From contig NC_043004.1 of NCBI RefSeq assembly GCF_006345805.1, forward strand, positions 18,352,001-18,416,000: a stretch of 64,000 bases of DNA, in the 5' to 3' direction. The translations under genes were made by a program, and so were the position numbers. This stretch comes from Octopus sinensis. Lineage: Eukaryota. The notes beneath the pieces are model-generated. The model was not told the DNA's origin. It ran no database searches and was given only the letters and a program-made list of their open reading frames with translations. This document shows positions 1 to 11,755 of the stretch, one piece after another. How positions within the stretch are numbered: position 1 is the stretch's first letter; every line of letters begins with the position of its first letter.

Positions 1-27
1 GGCGGCCAAGCATTCGCAACGATGTCA

Positions 28-63
<36 letters not shown>

Positions 64-64
64 C
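1..64 (+). rRNA. Degenerate fragment of 28S rRNA (dispersed rDNA-derived copy, not a functional gene)
   Basis: GGCGGCCAAGC...TTTTTGATCCTTCGATGTCGGCTCTTCCTATCATT matches the conserved eukaryotic LSU segment. Mismatches are transitions in the first 30 nt. Similarity stops at ~64 and may extend left of the window. Confidence 0.85.
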
Positions 65-189
65 CATAACCAGACTGTTGAATGTATGTGTGTCTGTATT
101 CATACCCCATTACCGCTTTGACACCAGTGTTGGTCTGTTTAAATGACTGTCTCCTCTTCAGCAACAGACACCAAAGAGATAGATGCTGT

Positions 190-680
190 GAACTCACATG
201 AGCGTCAGGTCCTGCTTATGATATTCCCATCATTGTTCAATGTCTGATTGTAGTATTCAGCAGCTCAGCTTAAATAAAATATGGGGTGACAGTGCTATGC
301 AATGATGTGTAAAAATACAAACTCCCTACCAGCCGAAATATCCTTGAGGCTTTTATTCAAACATGCATGAAAACCATTCACAGTATTTTGCGATGGAGAA
401 AATTTCTTGCAGTAGACAAATAGGCGTAAATACACCAAGTCAGTACACAGCATGGCCTAAGCAGAATTTCGGATGCATGCATTTCAGACATTTGTAATAT
501 CCACAACTTAATGGAGGCATGACTACTTTCCACAGCAGGTCTGGCTTGTTCAGGTTTCACCACATGAGCTTTTCTCCTACATGCAATCAAAGCCATTGCC
601 ACTGCAATTAATAAGTTTTCCACGAGCAACAACAGTGATGCCACTATAAAATAAGCTTACAGTCAACCCTAATGTATGTT
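190..680 (+). mobile_element. Highly degraded RTE-like LINE remnant
   Basis: Frame-shifted translation (RISDACISDICNIHNLMEA / HSRSGLFRFHHMS) weakly resembles the RTE RT C-terminal region; many stops. Confidence 0.3.
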
Positions 681-747
681 ACCAACACGAATAACATTAA
701 CACTGCTGTCTTCCTTCATACCTACCCAAGCACACACACATACAAAC

Positions 748-940
748 ATATCCTTTTCTATTCTGGGGTCAGTCAATTAGATCGACCCCAGTATGCAACT
801 GGTACTTAATTTATTGACCCCAAAAGGATGAAAGACAAAGTCGACCTCAGCAGAAATTTGAACTCAGAACGGAAAGACGGACGAAATACCGCAAAGTATT
901 TCGCCCAGCGTGCTAACAATTATGGCAGCCTGCTGCCTCA
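748..940 (-). mobile_element. tRNA-derived SINE, family B
   Basis: Reverse complement of GGCAG...GTTAGCACGCTGGGCGAAAT...GTTCTGAGTTCAAAT...GGTCGACTTTG.CTTTCATCCTTT.GGGGTC..TAAATTAAGTACCAG; about 9 copies in the window. Confidence 0.85.
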
Positions 941-957
941 CACTGACAAACATATCA

Positions 958-1175
958 ACATCATTATTTAACATTGAATTTTCCATGCCTGCATCGATTA
1001 GATGGGATCTTTTGTAGCAGGCTTTCTATGACTGGATGTCCTCCCTGTTGCCAACCTTCACCTGTTTCCAAGTAAGGTAATATTTACCCATAGCTAGACA
1101 TATTTTGCATGGAGGGTAGGAAACAAACAACCTCGCTTGTATGATGGTGATGCTCATTTATAACTATCACATACT
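958..1175 (-). mobile_element. RTE-type 3' end/SINE, variant subfamily
   Basis: (CAT)n followed by TTTAAC..TTTTCCATGC and GGATG.CCT.CCTGTTGCCAACC; related copies near 34250-34400, 38130-38300 and 55780-55950. Confidence 0.55.
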
Positions 1176-1214
1176 GTCTAGCTAATGGTACACACACACA
1201 CACAGAGGAATGCA

Positions 1215-1368
1215 AGCAATCTTCTTTCAGTCTCTGTCTACTAAATCCACTCATAAGGTATTGGTGATCTAGTGGCAATAGTAGGAGACCCTTCACAAGG
1301 TGCCGTGTAGTGAGACAAAACTCAAGACCACATGATTGGAAAGCAAACTTCTTAACCACACAGACACA
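1215..1368 (-). mobile_element. tRNA-derived SINE, family A (5' half, diverged)
   Basis: Similar to the family A head GTGTGGTTAAGAAGTTTGCTTTCCAATCATGTGG. Confidence 0.7.
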
Positions 1369-2282
1369 CACCAACACTACCAGTTCACACTGACTAACAA
1401 CAGTACCCCACCCAGAACCAACATACACAATCCCACTACCAATATCCATGAAGATAATGGCAAGATCAAAGCAGCAAGCACGCTAGCTATGGAAATATAG
1501 TAGATGCATAGTGGTAGTGGTAGATGGCAGTTGTGATGGTGGTGCTGGGAGTGGAGATTCTGGAGCTTGTCACTATAGCTCATTGTATTAGTGAAAGTGT
1601 GTGTTTTGTGTGTTTGCAACTGTGTGTGTGTGTGTATAAGAAGGGCGTTAAAGACAAGTATATTAATATACAGATTGTTCATATTTCTATATCTTAATAT
1701 AGCTTCCTGTTATAGGTTTGTATTATCTAAGACTCCATCTCAAAGTGATTGCAATAAGCAGCAGCTTCTGAATAATACAGAGAGAGAGAGAAGGAGAGAG
1801 AGAAAGTAGAAGATAAAGCAAAATAAAAAGAAACGAGTGTTAGGGAGGGACAGACAGAGAGAAACATCGATAGATATGCAATGAGATGTGGCACTTAACT
1901 ATCAATTGAAATAAAACATTCCAAGGATATTAGTTCAGTATTGCCAGAAATGTTACAAAAGTACATCCAAAGGCCAAGTTTTCAGCAAAGCAACACCGCT
2001 AATTAATAATAAATATGGGTGTAGTCAAAAGTGAATGACTAAAAAAAAAAGCAAAAAGAGAGAAAATTGAGGAAAATTGCCACTTTCGTTTCAATAACAG
2101 CGCAACTATAAAAAGAATTATATTAATTATATTTCCTTTAAGCTTACATGCTAATTATAAATTGAGTATTTAATTTACAATGAAATTTAATTAAAGTTCT
2201 CAAGCCTGACGCAATGATTTAAGACTTGACTGCTTTATTCCATGCAGATGATAACCCCTGGGTCATTTTCCTATATCTGCAC

Positions 2283-2450
2283 GGGTGTGGCTGTGTGGTT
2301 AGAAGCTTACTTCCCATCCACATGGTTTTGGGTTCAATCTCACTGTACACTACCTTGGAAATGTATCTTCTATAGCCACAGGCCAACAAAAACACTGTGA
2401 CTGGATTTGGTAGACAGAAACTGAAAGAAGCCCATTGTATATGTGTGTGT
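2283..2450 (+). mobile_element. tRNA-derived SINE, family A (5' half)
   Basis: GGGTGTGGCTGTGTGGTTAGAAGCTTACTTCCC..CCACATGG....GGTTCAATC...GGATTTGGTAGACAGAAACTGAAAGAAGCCC followed by (TA/TG)n. Confidence 0.9.
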
Positions 2451-2462
2451 GTGTGTATATAT

Positions 2463-2519
<57 letters not shown>

Positions 2520-2524
<5 letters not shown>

Positions 2525-2840
2525 CATATTTCAATTTTGTATTTGGTTGCAAAATTCTTTATGTGAGTTCGTGTGTTGAAGCATATTTTCTTGTGTCTGG
2601 GGAGAGTCATTCTGTTTTAGTGCCTTATTAATTGACACACTCACCAGTCTGATTTCCACTCATTTTTTTTTTCCCTAAAATTTTCATTGTTTCTTGCAAC
2701 TTCTTCAATAGTCGTTGACTCTATTCATGACTACTGAAGAGGTTGCAAGAAACAAGAAAAATTCTAGCAAAAAAAACAGAGTGGAAATCGAACCAGTGAG
2801 TGTGTTAAGTAATAAGGCATTAAACTCTCCCGAGATACAA
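2520..2840. mobile_element. Fold-back (palindromic) repeat, family F1
   Basis: Arms 2591-2718 and 2725-2840 are reverse complements; same family at 33666-33952 and 53330-54120. Confidence 0.8.
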
Positions 2841-2882
2841 TTATATACATACATATACACACCCATATATATATATGAGTCT

Positions 2883-3211
2883 AGGACCCCCTTCGGTCAG
2901 ACACTGACCATGGGCTTGCACCTAGAAAGTTACCCTCTGAGGCACAAGTCTGGGCAAGGTTGTTTATGGAAGACTAGCAGTCGCCCATGCATACAAGCCT
3001 CCCCTCTCCACACCACCAGTGTTATCCAAGGGAAAGGCAAAGGGGCTGATACAGCTTGGCACCTGTGACGTCGCAACTCATTTCTACAGCTGAGTGAACT
3101 GGAGCAATGTGAAATAAAGTGTCTTGCTCAAGAACACAACACGCAGCCCGGTCTGGGATTCGAGATCACAACCTCACGATCGTAAGCTCGACGCTCTAAC
3201 CACTGAGCCAT
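2883..3211 (-). mobile_element. tRNA-derived SINE, family D (near full length)
   Basis: Minus-strand head TGGCTCAGTGGTTAGAGCGTCGAGCTTACGATCGTGAGGTTGTGATCTCGAATCCC with A and B boxes, then body ...CAAGACACTTTATTTCACATTGCTCCAGTTCACTCAGCTGTAG. Confidence 0.9.
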
Positions 3212-3815
3212 ATACATACATATAAACGTATATATACACATATAAACATATACACATATAAACACATATATACATATATATTCATATATACACACATAGG
3301 TATATATACATATATACGCACATACGTATATATACACTATATATATACACACATATGTATATATACACACATATGTATATATACATACATATGTATATAT
3401 ACATATATACACACATATGTATATATACACTATATATAAACACATGTATATACACTATATATACACACATGTATATATGCATATATACACACATGTATAT
3501 ATGCATATATACACACATGTATATATGCGTATATACACACGTATATATGTATATATACACACATGTATATATACACACACATGTATAAATACATATATAT
3601 ACAAATATGTATATATACATATATACACACATATGTATATATACATATATACACACAAGTATATATATACACATATATGTATACATACAAACATACATAC
3701 ATGTATACATACATACATACATACACACATATGCATACATACATACATACACACATATGTATACATACATACACACATGTATACGTACATACACACACAC
3801 TTATGTATACATAAG
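3211..3815. repeat. Compound (TA)/(CA)/(TACA) microsatellite block
   Basis: Direct inspection; source of the spurious YIYT/VCIY ORFs. Confidence 0.95.
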
Positions 3816-4542
3816 TTTGTCTGATAATTGAATGACTATACAGAACTACTAAGATCAAAACAGACCCCTGACCAAAAGCATTCCTAGCATGGCCACTCCA
3901 TCTTAATTTGAGGCTTTGCACATCATATCACATCACATCACATCACACCTAACACCATATCATCCAGTGCATCACTCTTTGTTAAACCAGCAGGGTGTAA
4001 TTTCAAAGCAATTTGGTTGCTATTTCTAGCAAGTCTAGAAACTTGTTTGTATTGATGGGTGTTGATTAGATACAATCTCCTCATAAGACTTACTGCAACA
4101 GACTTAAAATAAAATTGCATTCAATCAATTTCATAGTCTTCAGTTCTTGTGCAACTTAACCGATACAGCGCTGCAAATAATTACATATGACAGCTCGACA
4201 TGTTGCTGGTGTGCAGATGTCCTACCGTAATGTACTGCTTAACTAAATAGATGTTTTCATGCAGTCAAAACTGTCACTCAGGTTGATGGGGTTTTTTTCT
4301 CTCCATTCATTAAACTTCTGTTCAATGCTCATTGTCAGTATTCCCGAAAGATTTAACAAGAAATTTCAGATTCTGATACCACAAGAGTCCAGGAAGACAC
4401 TAAGCCGTTTAGTAAATAGCAGTAACATATATTACTAAGTTAACTGTACAAGTCAAGAATTATAACTTCAACCAAGACTGACAATAAAATTAACTCTTAA
4501 TCACTCTTGCAGTTAGTAATATAAATTCATCTACATATGTCT

Positions 4543-4617
<75 letters not shown>

Positions 4618-4622
4618 GTGCA

Positions 4623-4672
<50 letters not shown>

Positions 4673-4682
4673 AAGTGCTTGA

Positions 4683-5058
4683 GAGGTTGTGTGGTAAGAA
4701 GCTTGCTTCCCAACCACATGGTTCCGGGTTCAGTCTCACTGTGTGGCATCTTGGCAAGTGTCTTCTACTATAGCCTCGGGCTGACCAAAGCCTTGTGAGT
4801 GTTTTCGGTAGACAGAAACTGAAAGCCCATTGTATATATATATATATATGTGTGTGTGTGTTTTTGTATTTGTACCCCCATCATAGCTTGACAACTGATG
4901 TTGGTGTGTTTACATACCCGTAATTTCACGGTTCATAAGAGACCGATTGAATAAGTACTAGGCTTACAAAGACTAAGTCCTAGGGTCGATTTACTTAAGT
5001 AAAGGCAGTGCTGCAGCATGACCGCAGTCAAATGACTGAAACAAGTAAAAGAATAAAA
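4683..5058 (+). mobile_element. tRNA-derived SINE, family A (full length)
   Basis: Head, internal (TA)(TG)n and tail GCTCCAGCATGGCCGCAGTCAAATGACTGAAACAAGTAAAAG-like. Confidence 0.9.
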
Positions 5059-5679
5059 GAATACACACATTCATTTACACACATAAACCTTCATTTTATA
5101 AATACACACACACACACACACACGGGACTTACAGCTCTTGTACCCTGGGTATATATCTACATTTATAAACAAATAAACAGGTACTGGTGCCATGTAAAAT
5201 GTACCCATTATGCTCTGTAAAGTGCTTTAGTGTTAGGAAGGGCATCCAGCCATAAAAGCCATGCCAAAATAGGCAATTGAATCTTGGTGCTGCCTAGCAC
5301 CGTCTTTGCCAAACCACCAAGTTACAGAGGCTGTAAACAAACCAACACTGGCTGTCAAGCAGAAGTGAATGGACAAATACATACACACACATCATCATTA
5401 TCATTGTTTAACGTCCGCTTTCCATGCTGGCATGGGTTGGACAGTTTGACTGAAGACTGGCGAGCCAGATGGCTGCTCCAGGCTCCAATCTGATCTGGCA
5501 GAGTTTCCATATATATATAATGCACTTGTGGGCTTCCACACAGTTTCCATCCACCAGATTCATTCATTGGGAACTGGAAGGCCCAGGGGCACAGTAGTGA
5601 ACATGGCTGCAATGCAAGTTTCTTACCAGACAGCCACGCCTGCACCTACATATATTAATGCTGATGAATATAAAATCAA

Positions 5680-6015
5680 ATGGAAATTGTAGTTGCGATC
5701 CCCATGCCGGTGGCACGTAAAAAGACCATCCGAACATGGCTGTTGCCAGTGCCACCTTGACTGATTTCAGGCACATACAAAACACCAACAGATCATGGTC
5801 GGTGCCAGCCTCCTCTGGATCCTGTGCTGGTAGCACGTTAAAAGCACCCACTACACGTTCAGAGTGGTTGGCATTAGGAAGGGCATCCAGCTGTAGAAAC
5901 CCTACCAGATCAGACTGGAAGCTGGTGAAGCCTCCTGGCTTCCCAGACCCCAGTCAAACCGTCCAACCCATGCCAGCATGGAAAACGGACGTTAAACAAT
6001 GATGATGATGATGAT
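5680..6015 (+). mobile_element. 5'-truncated RTE LINE 3' UTR with (GAT)n tail
   Basis: GTGGCACGTAAAAAG..CC repeats, GAGTGGTTGGCATTAGGAAGGGCATCCAGCTGTAGAAAC, CCATGCCAGCATGGAAAACGGACGTTAAACAATGATGATG. The same sequence lies directly downstream of the RTE ORF stop at ~29082. An inverted partial copy is at 5392-5505. Confidence 0.85.
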
Positions 6016-6434
6016 CACACACACACACAGAGGCATTTGCAATTGTGTGTAATGAAGTGCAAATAAGGATGTGTATGCGTTTGGAAAAGGTTGATGATTC
6101 ACCCTGTCACTAAAAGTTTCTCCGTCTTTGATTGTTCAGACGACAAATTTCATGTTTTGTCGCCTGAACGATCACATGCAGCAAGAAATAAAGTAGTGAT
6201 GTAGTGAATCATGAGTAATTTTCTGAAATAAATAAAACTACTACATTCACAGAGTCTTCTTTATCTCCCATGTAACCCCACAAACATGATCGTTTGTGTG
6301 TGTGTGTGTGTGTGGGGGGGGAGTTTTAAAAATGGGAGGACATGATAGTCAATATATGTAGCCAAGGTTATTAATTCAAATGATGGTGTTTTACTGTCTC
6401 CAATTCTAATACAAAAAGAAATACCTGTAACAGA

Positions 6435-6572
6435 CATAGCTAGGTGTTTAAGAAGCTCACCTGGTAACCATGTGGTTTCAGGTGTGGTATCTTGGACAAG
6501 TGTCTTCTGCTACAGCCCAAAGCCAACCTATCTTGTATGTGGATTTGGTAAACCAAAATTATGTAGAAAGTG

Positions 6573-6618
<46 letters not shown>

Positions 6619-6860
6619 CATACAAAGAGAAAGAGAGAGACAGGTAAATAGATGTGTGTGTGTATGTGTGTACATGTCTTTGTCTCCTACCAGTGCTTGA
6701 CCACTGGTGTTGGTTTGTTTACGCCCCTGTAATGTAGCATATCATCAAAAAAACTAATATGATACGTACCAGAGTTTAAAAATAAAAATACTGGGGCCGA
6801 CCTGTCAACTAAAACTCTTTAAGTCATTGCTCCAGCATGGCCAGTGCCCAATGACTTTGT
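6435..6860 (+). mobile_element. tRNA-derived SINE, family A (diverged)
   Basis: Head, microsatellite spacer and tail all recognisable. Confidence 0.8.
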
Positions 6861-7059
6861 AAAGGCCTGTGGCTTAGTGCTTATGGTATTCAGCTCACAA
6901 TCATTAGGTCATGAGTTCAATACCTGGCAGGAGCAAAACACTTTATTTTACATTGCTCCAGTCCACTTGGCTGGCAAAAATGAATAGTACCAGTAATTCA
7001 AAGGGGCCAGTATTGTTACATTGTGTCATGCTGAATCTACATTAAGGGTATGCATATCT

Positions 7060-7270
7060 GTGGAGGCACATGGTTTAGTGCTAAGGGTGTTGGACTTGTG
7101 ATTGTAAGATTGTGGTTTCGATTCCTGGGAGACGTGTTGCTCTGGTCCACTCAGCTGGTGCAAATGAGTAATCCTGCAACAGACCGGTGCCCTGTCCAGG
7201 AGGGGAATATATATGCCACTAACACCAGGAAAATGGCCCTCATGAGCCTGGCATGGCTTAAGAGGTAAGC
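7060..7270 (+). mobile_element. SINE, family D-related
   Basis: GGCACATGGTTTAGTGCTAAGGGTGTTGGACTTGTGATTGTAAGATTGTGGTTTCGATTCC head, then GTCCACTCAGCTGG; related partial copy at ~6865-7030. Confidence 0.7.
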
Positions 7271-7729
7271 GTTTTTGTTTTTTTTTTTTCATTTTTGTCT
7301 GTGGAGTGCTCAGCCATTTGCATATTAATTACACAAGAAGGCTGTTCCGTTGATCGGATCAGCTGGAACACATGTCATTGTAACTATCAGTGTGCCAGTA
7401 TATTATCCTTGGACTTCTGATAATCCAGTTGAGAACTATCGAACAGAATAAGCTGAAACAGACTGTCCAGGCCACATGTGTTAAAGCAGGATGCTCTTTA
7501 ACTGTTTCTCACTTTACTCTCCATATCTTCAATGAAAGTAATGGCTATTCTAACGACTTTCAATTATGACAGCTATGAAAAACCATTGAAAGATGAATGG
7601 ATGAAGCATTTATTGTGTCAATGAGAAACAGGAAATGACTGCTATCAAGATTTTAACATGTTGGCTCCCAAGCTTCATTTTACATTTTATCCCGGGGTCC
7701 CAAAACAAGATCTTGATTAATTTTGACAT

Positions 7730-8245
7730 TGATACCCACGTCCCACCAGAGGGTCGTGTGGCACCCTAGTTCATATCACATCCTAGATACCACACGACCT
7801 ACCAGCGGTCAGTTTAAAATTTTGGGTATTTTCTATTGGAAGGTCACAAAATCTTTTTCAAAATGAACTATTTTGGTTTCCATGACAAGTAAAATATTTT
7901 TCATTCCCTTCTGTTTCGACTGGAAAATCTACTGATCTTTTTCCAAAAGAACTAACTATTTTTGTTTCAATGGCAAATAAAATTTTCTCAATACTCAATC
8001 TTTAATTTTAATTCATAACATGGTGAAATCAGAAGTAAAATGAAAAAAATATATAAAAAAGAATCTATAAAAAAATTGTTCTCTTAGTGCAGCAAAAGCA
8101 TAAATCAAAGCAATTGGGGCGTACCAGCTCTCAAAAAGCCCATAGGAAAGAAATTAAAAAAACGACCCGCTAGTGGGGTCAAGCAGGACTTGCTAACATA
8201 CCACCATGACCCACCGACAGGACATGTGGGAGCCGATGTGTTGAA
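7730..8245. mobile_element. Putative MITE with degenerate long terminal inverted repeats
   Basis: CCCACGTCCCACCAGAGGGTCGTG...GACCTACCAGCGGTC.GTTTAAAATT at left versus AATTAAAAAAACGACCCGCTAGTGGGGTC...CATGACCCACCGACAGGACATGTGGG at right. Confidence 0.5.
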
Positions 8246-8964
8246 AAAAAGTTAGCAGAATTGTTATCTCACTGGGCAAAATGCTTAGCAGCATTTCTTT
8301 TGGTTTTATGTTCTGAGATCAAATGGCGCCAAGTTCAACATTGTTTTTAATTTTTTGTTGGAGTCGATAAAATAAGTTTGATTGCTTCTAACAGGACTCT
8401 ATAGACGAGGTGCTTAAGGACTGTACCCACAAAACCCTGCCAAGAATAATAGGCAGTGAAGATAGATGGATATCTTTAATCTTTTATCCTTTGCTGGTTT
8501 GAACCAGAGGCTGAGGCCATGCTGGAGCACCATCTTTCAGTGTGATTGGGCTTCTGTACTGTTTCCAGAGAAGTGGCAAGCTGGACAGAACTGTTTATCT
8601 TTGTGTCCCCTGCTGTGATGCATGTTGTGTTCATCTGGCATCTCAGGTAAAATTTTGTCCCAAAATTCTTTGAAGACCACATCTACACCTCACAAATCTC
8701 AGGTTATGTGGCAGAATGCTGAATATACTCAACAACATAAAGATAGTATCCCAGGGTGGCAGAAGCCAAATGACTGAAACAAGTGACATAAAATAAAAGA
8801 ATGTGTATGAGTGTACAGTATTCTTCATTAGAAGCCAAAGTTTCAAACAAGTCATAGAAATTCTATATGGAAGACATAGCATTCCAAAATTTCCAAATGG
8901 AAATTCTTTTGAATTCAGTAACAGTTTGTTCACACATGTAATTACGCAAATATATACAGAAATA

Positions 8965-9430
<466 letters not shown>

Positions 9431-9896
9431 GAGAGAGATAAATAGAATGTCTGCATTGTACATAGTAGATCTCCCATATTTCCAGGAACCAACAAATGAT
9501 CCAGAAACAACAGAAAAATCAATTAAATATTTCCAACACTTCCACAGCCGAAATCAACTCCAGCAAACTTCATGTAATAAATGCACACAACTCCATACAT
9601 ATGGCATTGATATATAAATAGGTGTGGTCTCAGATGAGGCTGACTAAATAATCACAAGCGTGCTGGCATATTTACTAAAAGTTACATGGGACTGTATGAC
9701 CTGCTCGTTTAGGGAACGCCTTGTTTTAGGAAAACGGTCATTTATTCTATAGCATACAGTAGGCACCAAGGTCAAACTGCCATGAGATAAAAGAACCAGA
9801 CTCAACTTCGTTTTGTCTACATTATTCAACATCTTAAGTATCAACGATGCCTCTATATGGTTACACAATCAGCTAGAAACAGCAGCAAAATCTCCC

Positions 9897-10280
9897 TCAG
9901 GTGTGGCTGTGAGGTGAGAAGTTTGCTTCCCAAGCATATGGTTCCGGGTTCAGTCCCACTGTGTGTCACCTTGGGCAAATGTCTTCTAGTATAGCCTCGG
10001 GCGGACCAAAGCCTTGTGAGTGGATTTAGTAGACAGAAACTGAAAGAAGCTTGTTGTGTGTGTGTGTGTGTCTTTGTCCCAAACCATGTCTTGACAACCG
10101 GTGTCAGTGTGTTTACGTCCCTATAACTTTACAGTTCGGCAAAAGAGACCAGCAGAATACATACCAAGGTCATGAAAAAAAAAAGTACTGGGGTCAATTA
10201 ATTCAACCAAAATTTATCAAGGTGGTGCCCCAGCATGGCCACAGTCTAATGACTGAAACAAGTAAAAGATAAAAGAAAGA
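9897..10280 (+). mobile_element. tRNA-derived SINE, family A (full length)
   Basis: Head GGTGTGGCTGTGAGGTGAGAAG...GGTTCAGTCCCAC to tail GACTGAAACAAGTAAAAGATAAAAG. Confidence 0.9.
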
Positions 10281-10519
10281 GATATATCGTTTTATTAAAA
10301 GCACTGCCTTCGTGGATGTAGTCAATTACATTGACTCCTGTACTTAGTCCTGTTTGCTACTTATTTTATCAACCGACATTTGTCAAATCGCTTCGTTATA
10401 CTTTTTGACAATAATGATTACACTTAATAACGCCAGTCTTTTTCTCTATATTTTTACACAGGGATACAGAAATAGATAAACCCACATACAAACACGTGTA
10501 TGTGTATTTATGTAATTAT

Positions 10520-10805
10520 CCACACTTTCACCATAACATATCTTTATTATTGTCACACTGCCTTCTGTGCATGCATGCTTATAGTTGGTAATATTGTGGT
10601 CACATGATCAAAGTCTCAGCCTGATAATGCAATTTTTTTTTTCTGGATTTACAGTGTAAGCATGGCCACTCCACTAGTAATGTGCACCAAAGAAGAAAAA
10701 AGAGCAGTGATCCGATTTCTCTGGTGGGAAAGTGTGTCAGGTGCTAAAATTCATCAGAGGCTTTTAATACAATACAGGGACAGTGCATTACTGAGAGGAA
10801 GTAAA
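10520..10805 (+). mobile_element. Mariner element 5' fragment
   Basis: ORF 10662: MATPLVMCTKEEKRAVIRFLWWESVSGAKIHQRLLIQYRDSAL resembles the mariner transposase N-terminal HTH (EQRAVIRFL...AEIH.RL...YG.SAL); truncated by an RTE tail. Confidence 0.8.
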
Positions 10806-10934
10806 TGGAATCAAATGGAAATTGTACTAGTGATCCCCATGCGGGTGGCATGTAAAAAGCACCATCCGAACATGGCCGATGCCAGCACCGCCTTGACTGG
10901 CTTCCATGCCGGTGGCATGTAAAAAGCACCAACC

Positions 10935-11480
10935 GATCTTTGTTATATATACTAAATTCTTTGTTATATTTAAAGTAATTGAAAGAAACACAGAGCATCT
11001 CAAATTAAATACAGTAACAAAAGGGTTAACCCTTTCATTACCAACCTGACTGAAACCGGCTCTGGTTACAAATGTCTTGTTTTCATAAGTTTTGAATTAA
11101 AATCTTCCACCAAACCTTAGTCACAATTACTAATACTAGCTTCACAATAACTAAGTTATTTTTGCTAAATTCTTTGTTACATTTAAAGTAATTGAAAGAA
11201 ACACAGAGTATCTCAACAGAAATATGGTAATAAAAGGGTTAAAATATATAATAGAGAAACAATTCATAACCCTTTTGATACCAAACCAGCTGAAACCACC
11301 CGTAGCTCTGTAGTACAAATGTCTTGTTTCATAAATTTTGAATTAAACCTTAGTCACAATTTATGTTCCTAACACTAGCTTAATGATAACTAAGTTATTT
11401 TACTAAATTCTTTGTTATATTTAAAGTAATTGAGAGAAAAACAGAGAATCTCAAAACAAATACAGTAACAAAAGGGTTAA
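10935..11480. mobile_element. Cluster of three piggyBac-like MITEs (family P1)
   Basis: Termini CCCTTT...AAAGGG with TTAA. One partial copy ends at TTAA 11026-11029, a full copy spans 11030-11238, and a third spans 11270-11476. Confidence 0.8.
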
Positions 11481-11602
11481 ACATAACTAGTCTGGGAACT
11501 TTTTGATACTACCCTGTATTATCTAATAGGGTAAAGTTCAGCATTAAGTGAACTTTTTCGTCTTAAAATGCAACAGAACTTCTACATTTTACTCTTATAT
11601 TC

Positions 11603-11755
11603 ATCATCATCATCATCATCGTTTAACATCCACTTTCTATGCTGGCATAGGTTGGACGGTTTGACTGAGGACTGGTGAGCCAGAAGGCTGCACCAGGCTC
11701 AAATCTGATCTGACATAGTTTCTACAGTTGGATGCCCATCCTAACACCAACCACT
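11603..11755 (-). mobile_element. RTE LINE 3' end
   Basis: (CAT)n-CGTTTAACATCCACTTTCTATGCTGGCATAGGTTGGACGG...GGATGCCCATCCTAACACCAACCAC. Confidence 0.85.

Noticed and set aside
378-644. 88-aa minus-strand ORF
   Set aside because: Lies antisense to a probable degraded RTE; no homology recognised.
3128-3921. Overlapping YIYT/VCIY ORFs (similar ones at 53486-53973, 54545-55098 and elsewhere)
   Set aside because: Dinucleotide microsatellite artefacts.
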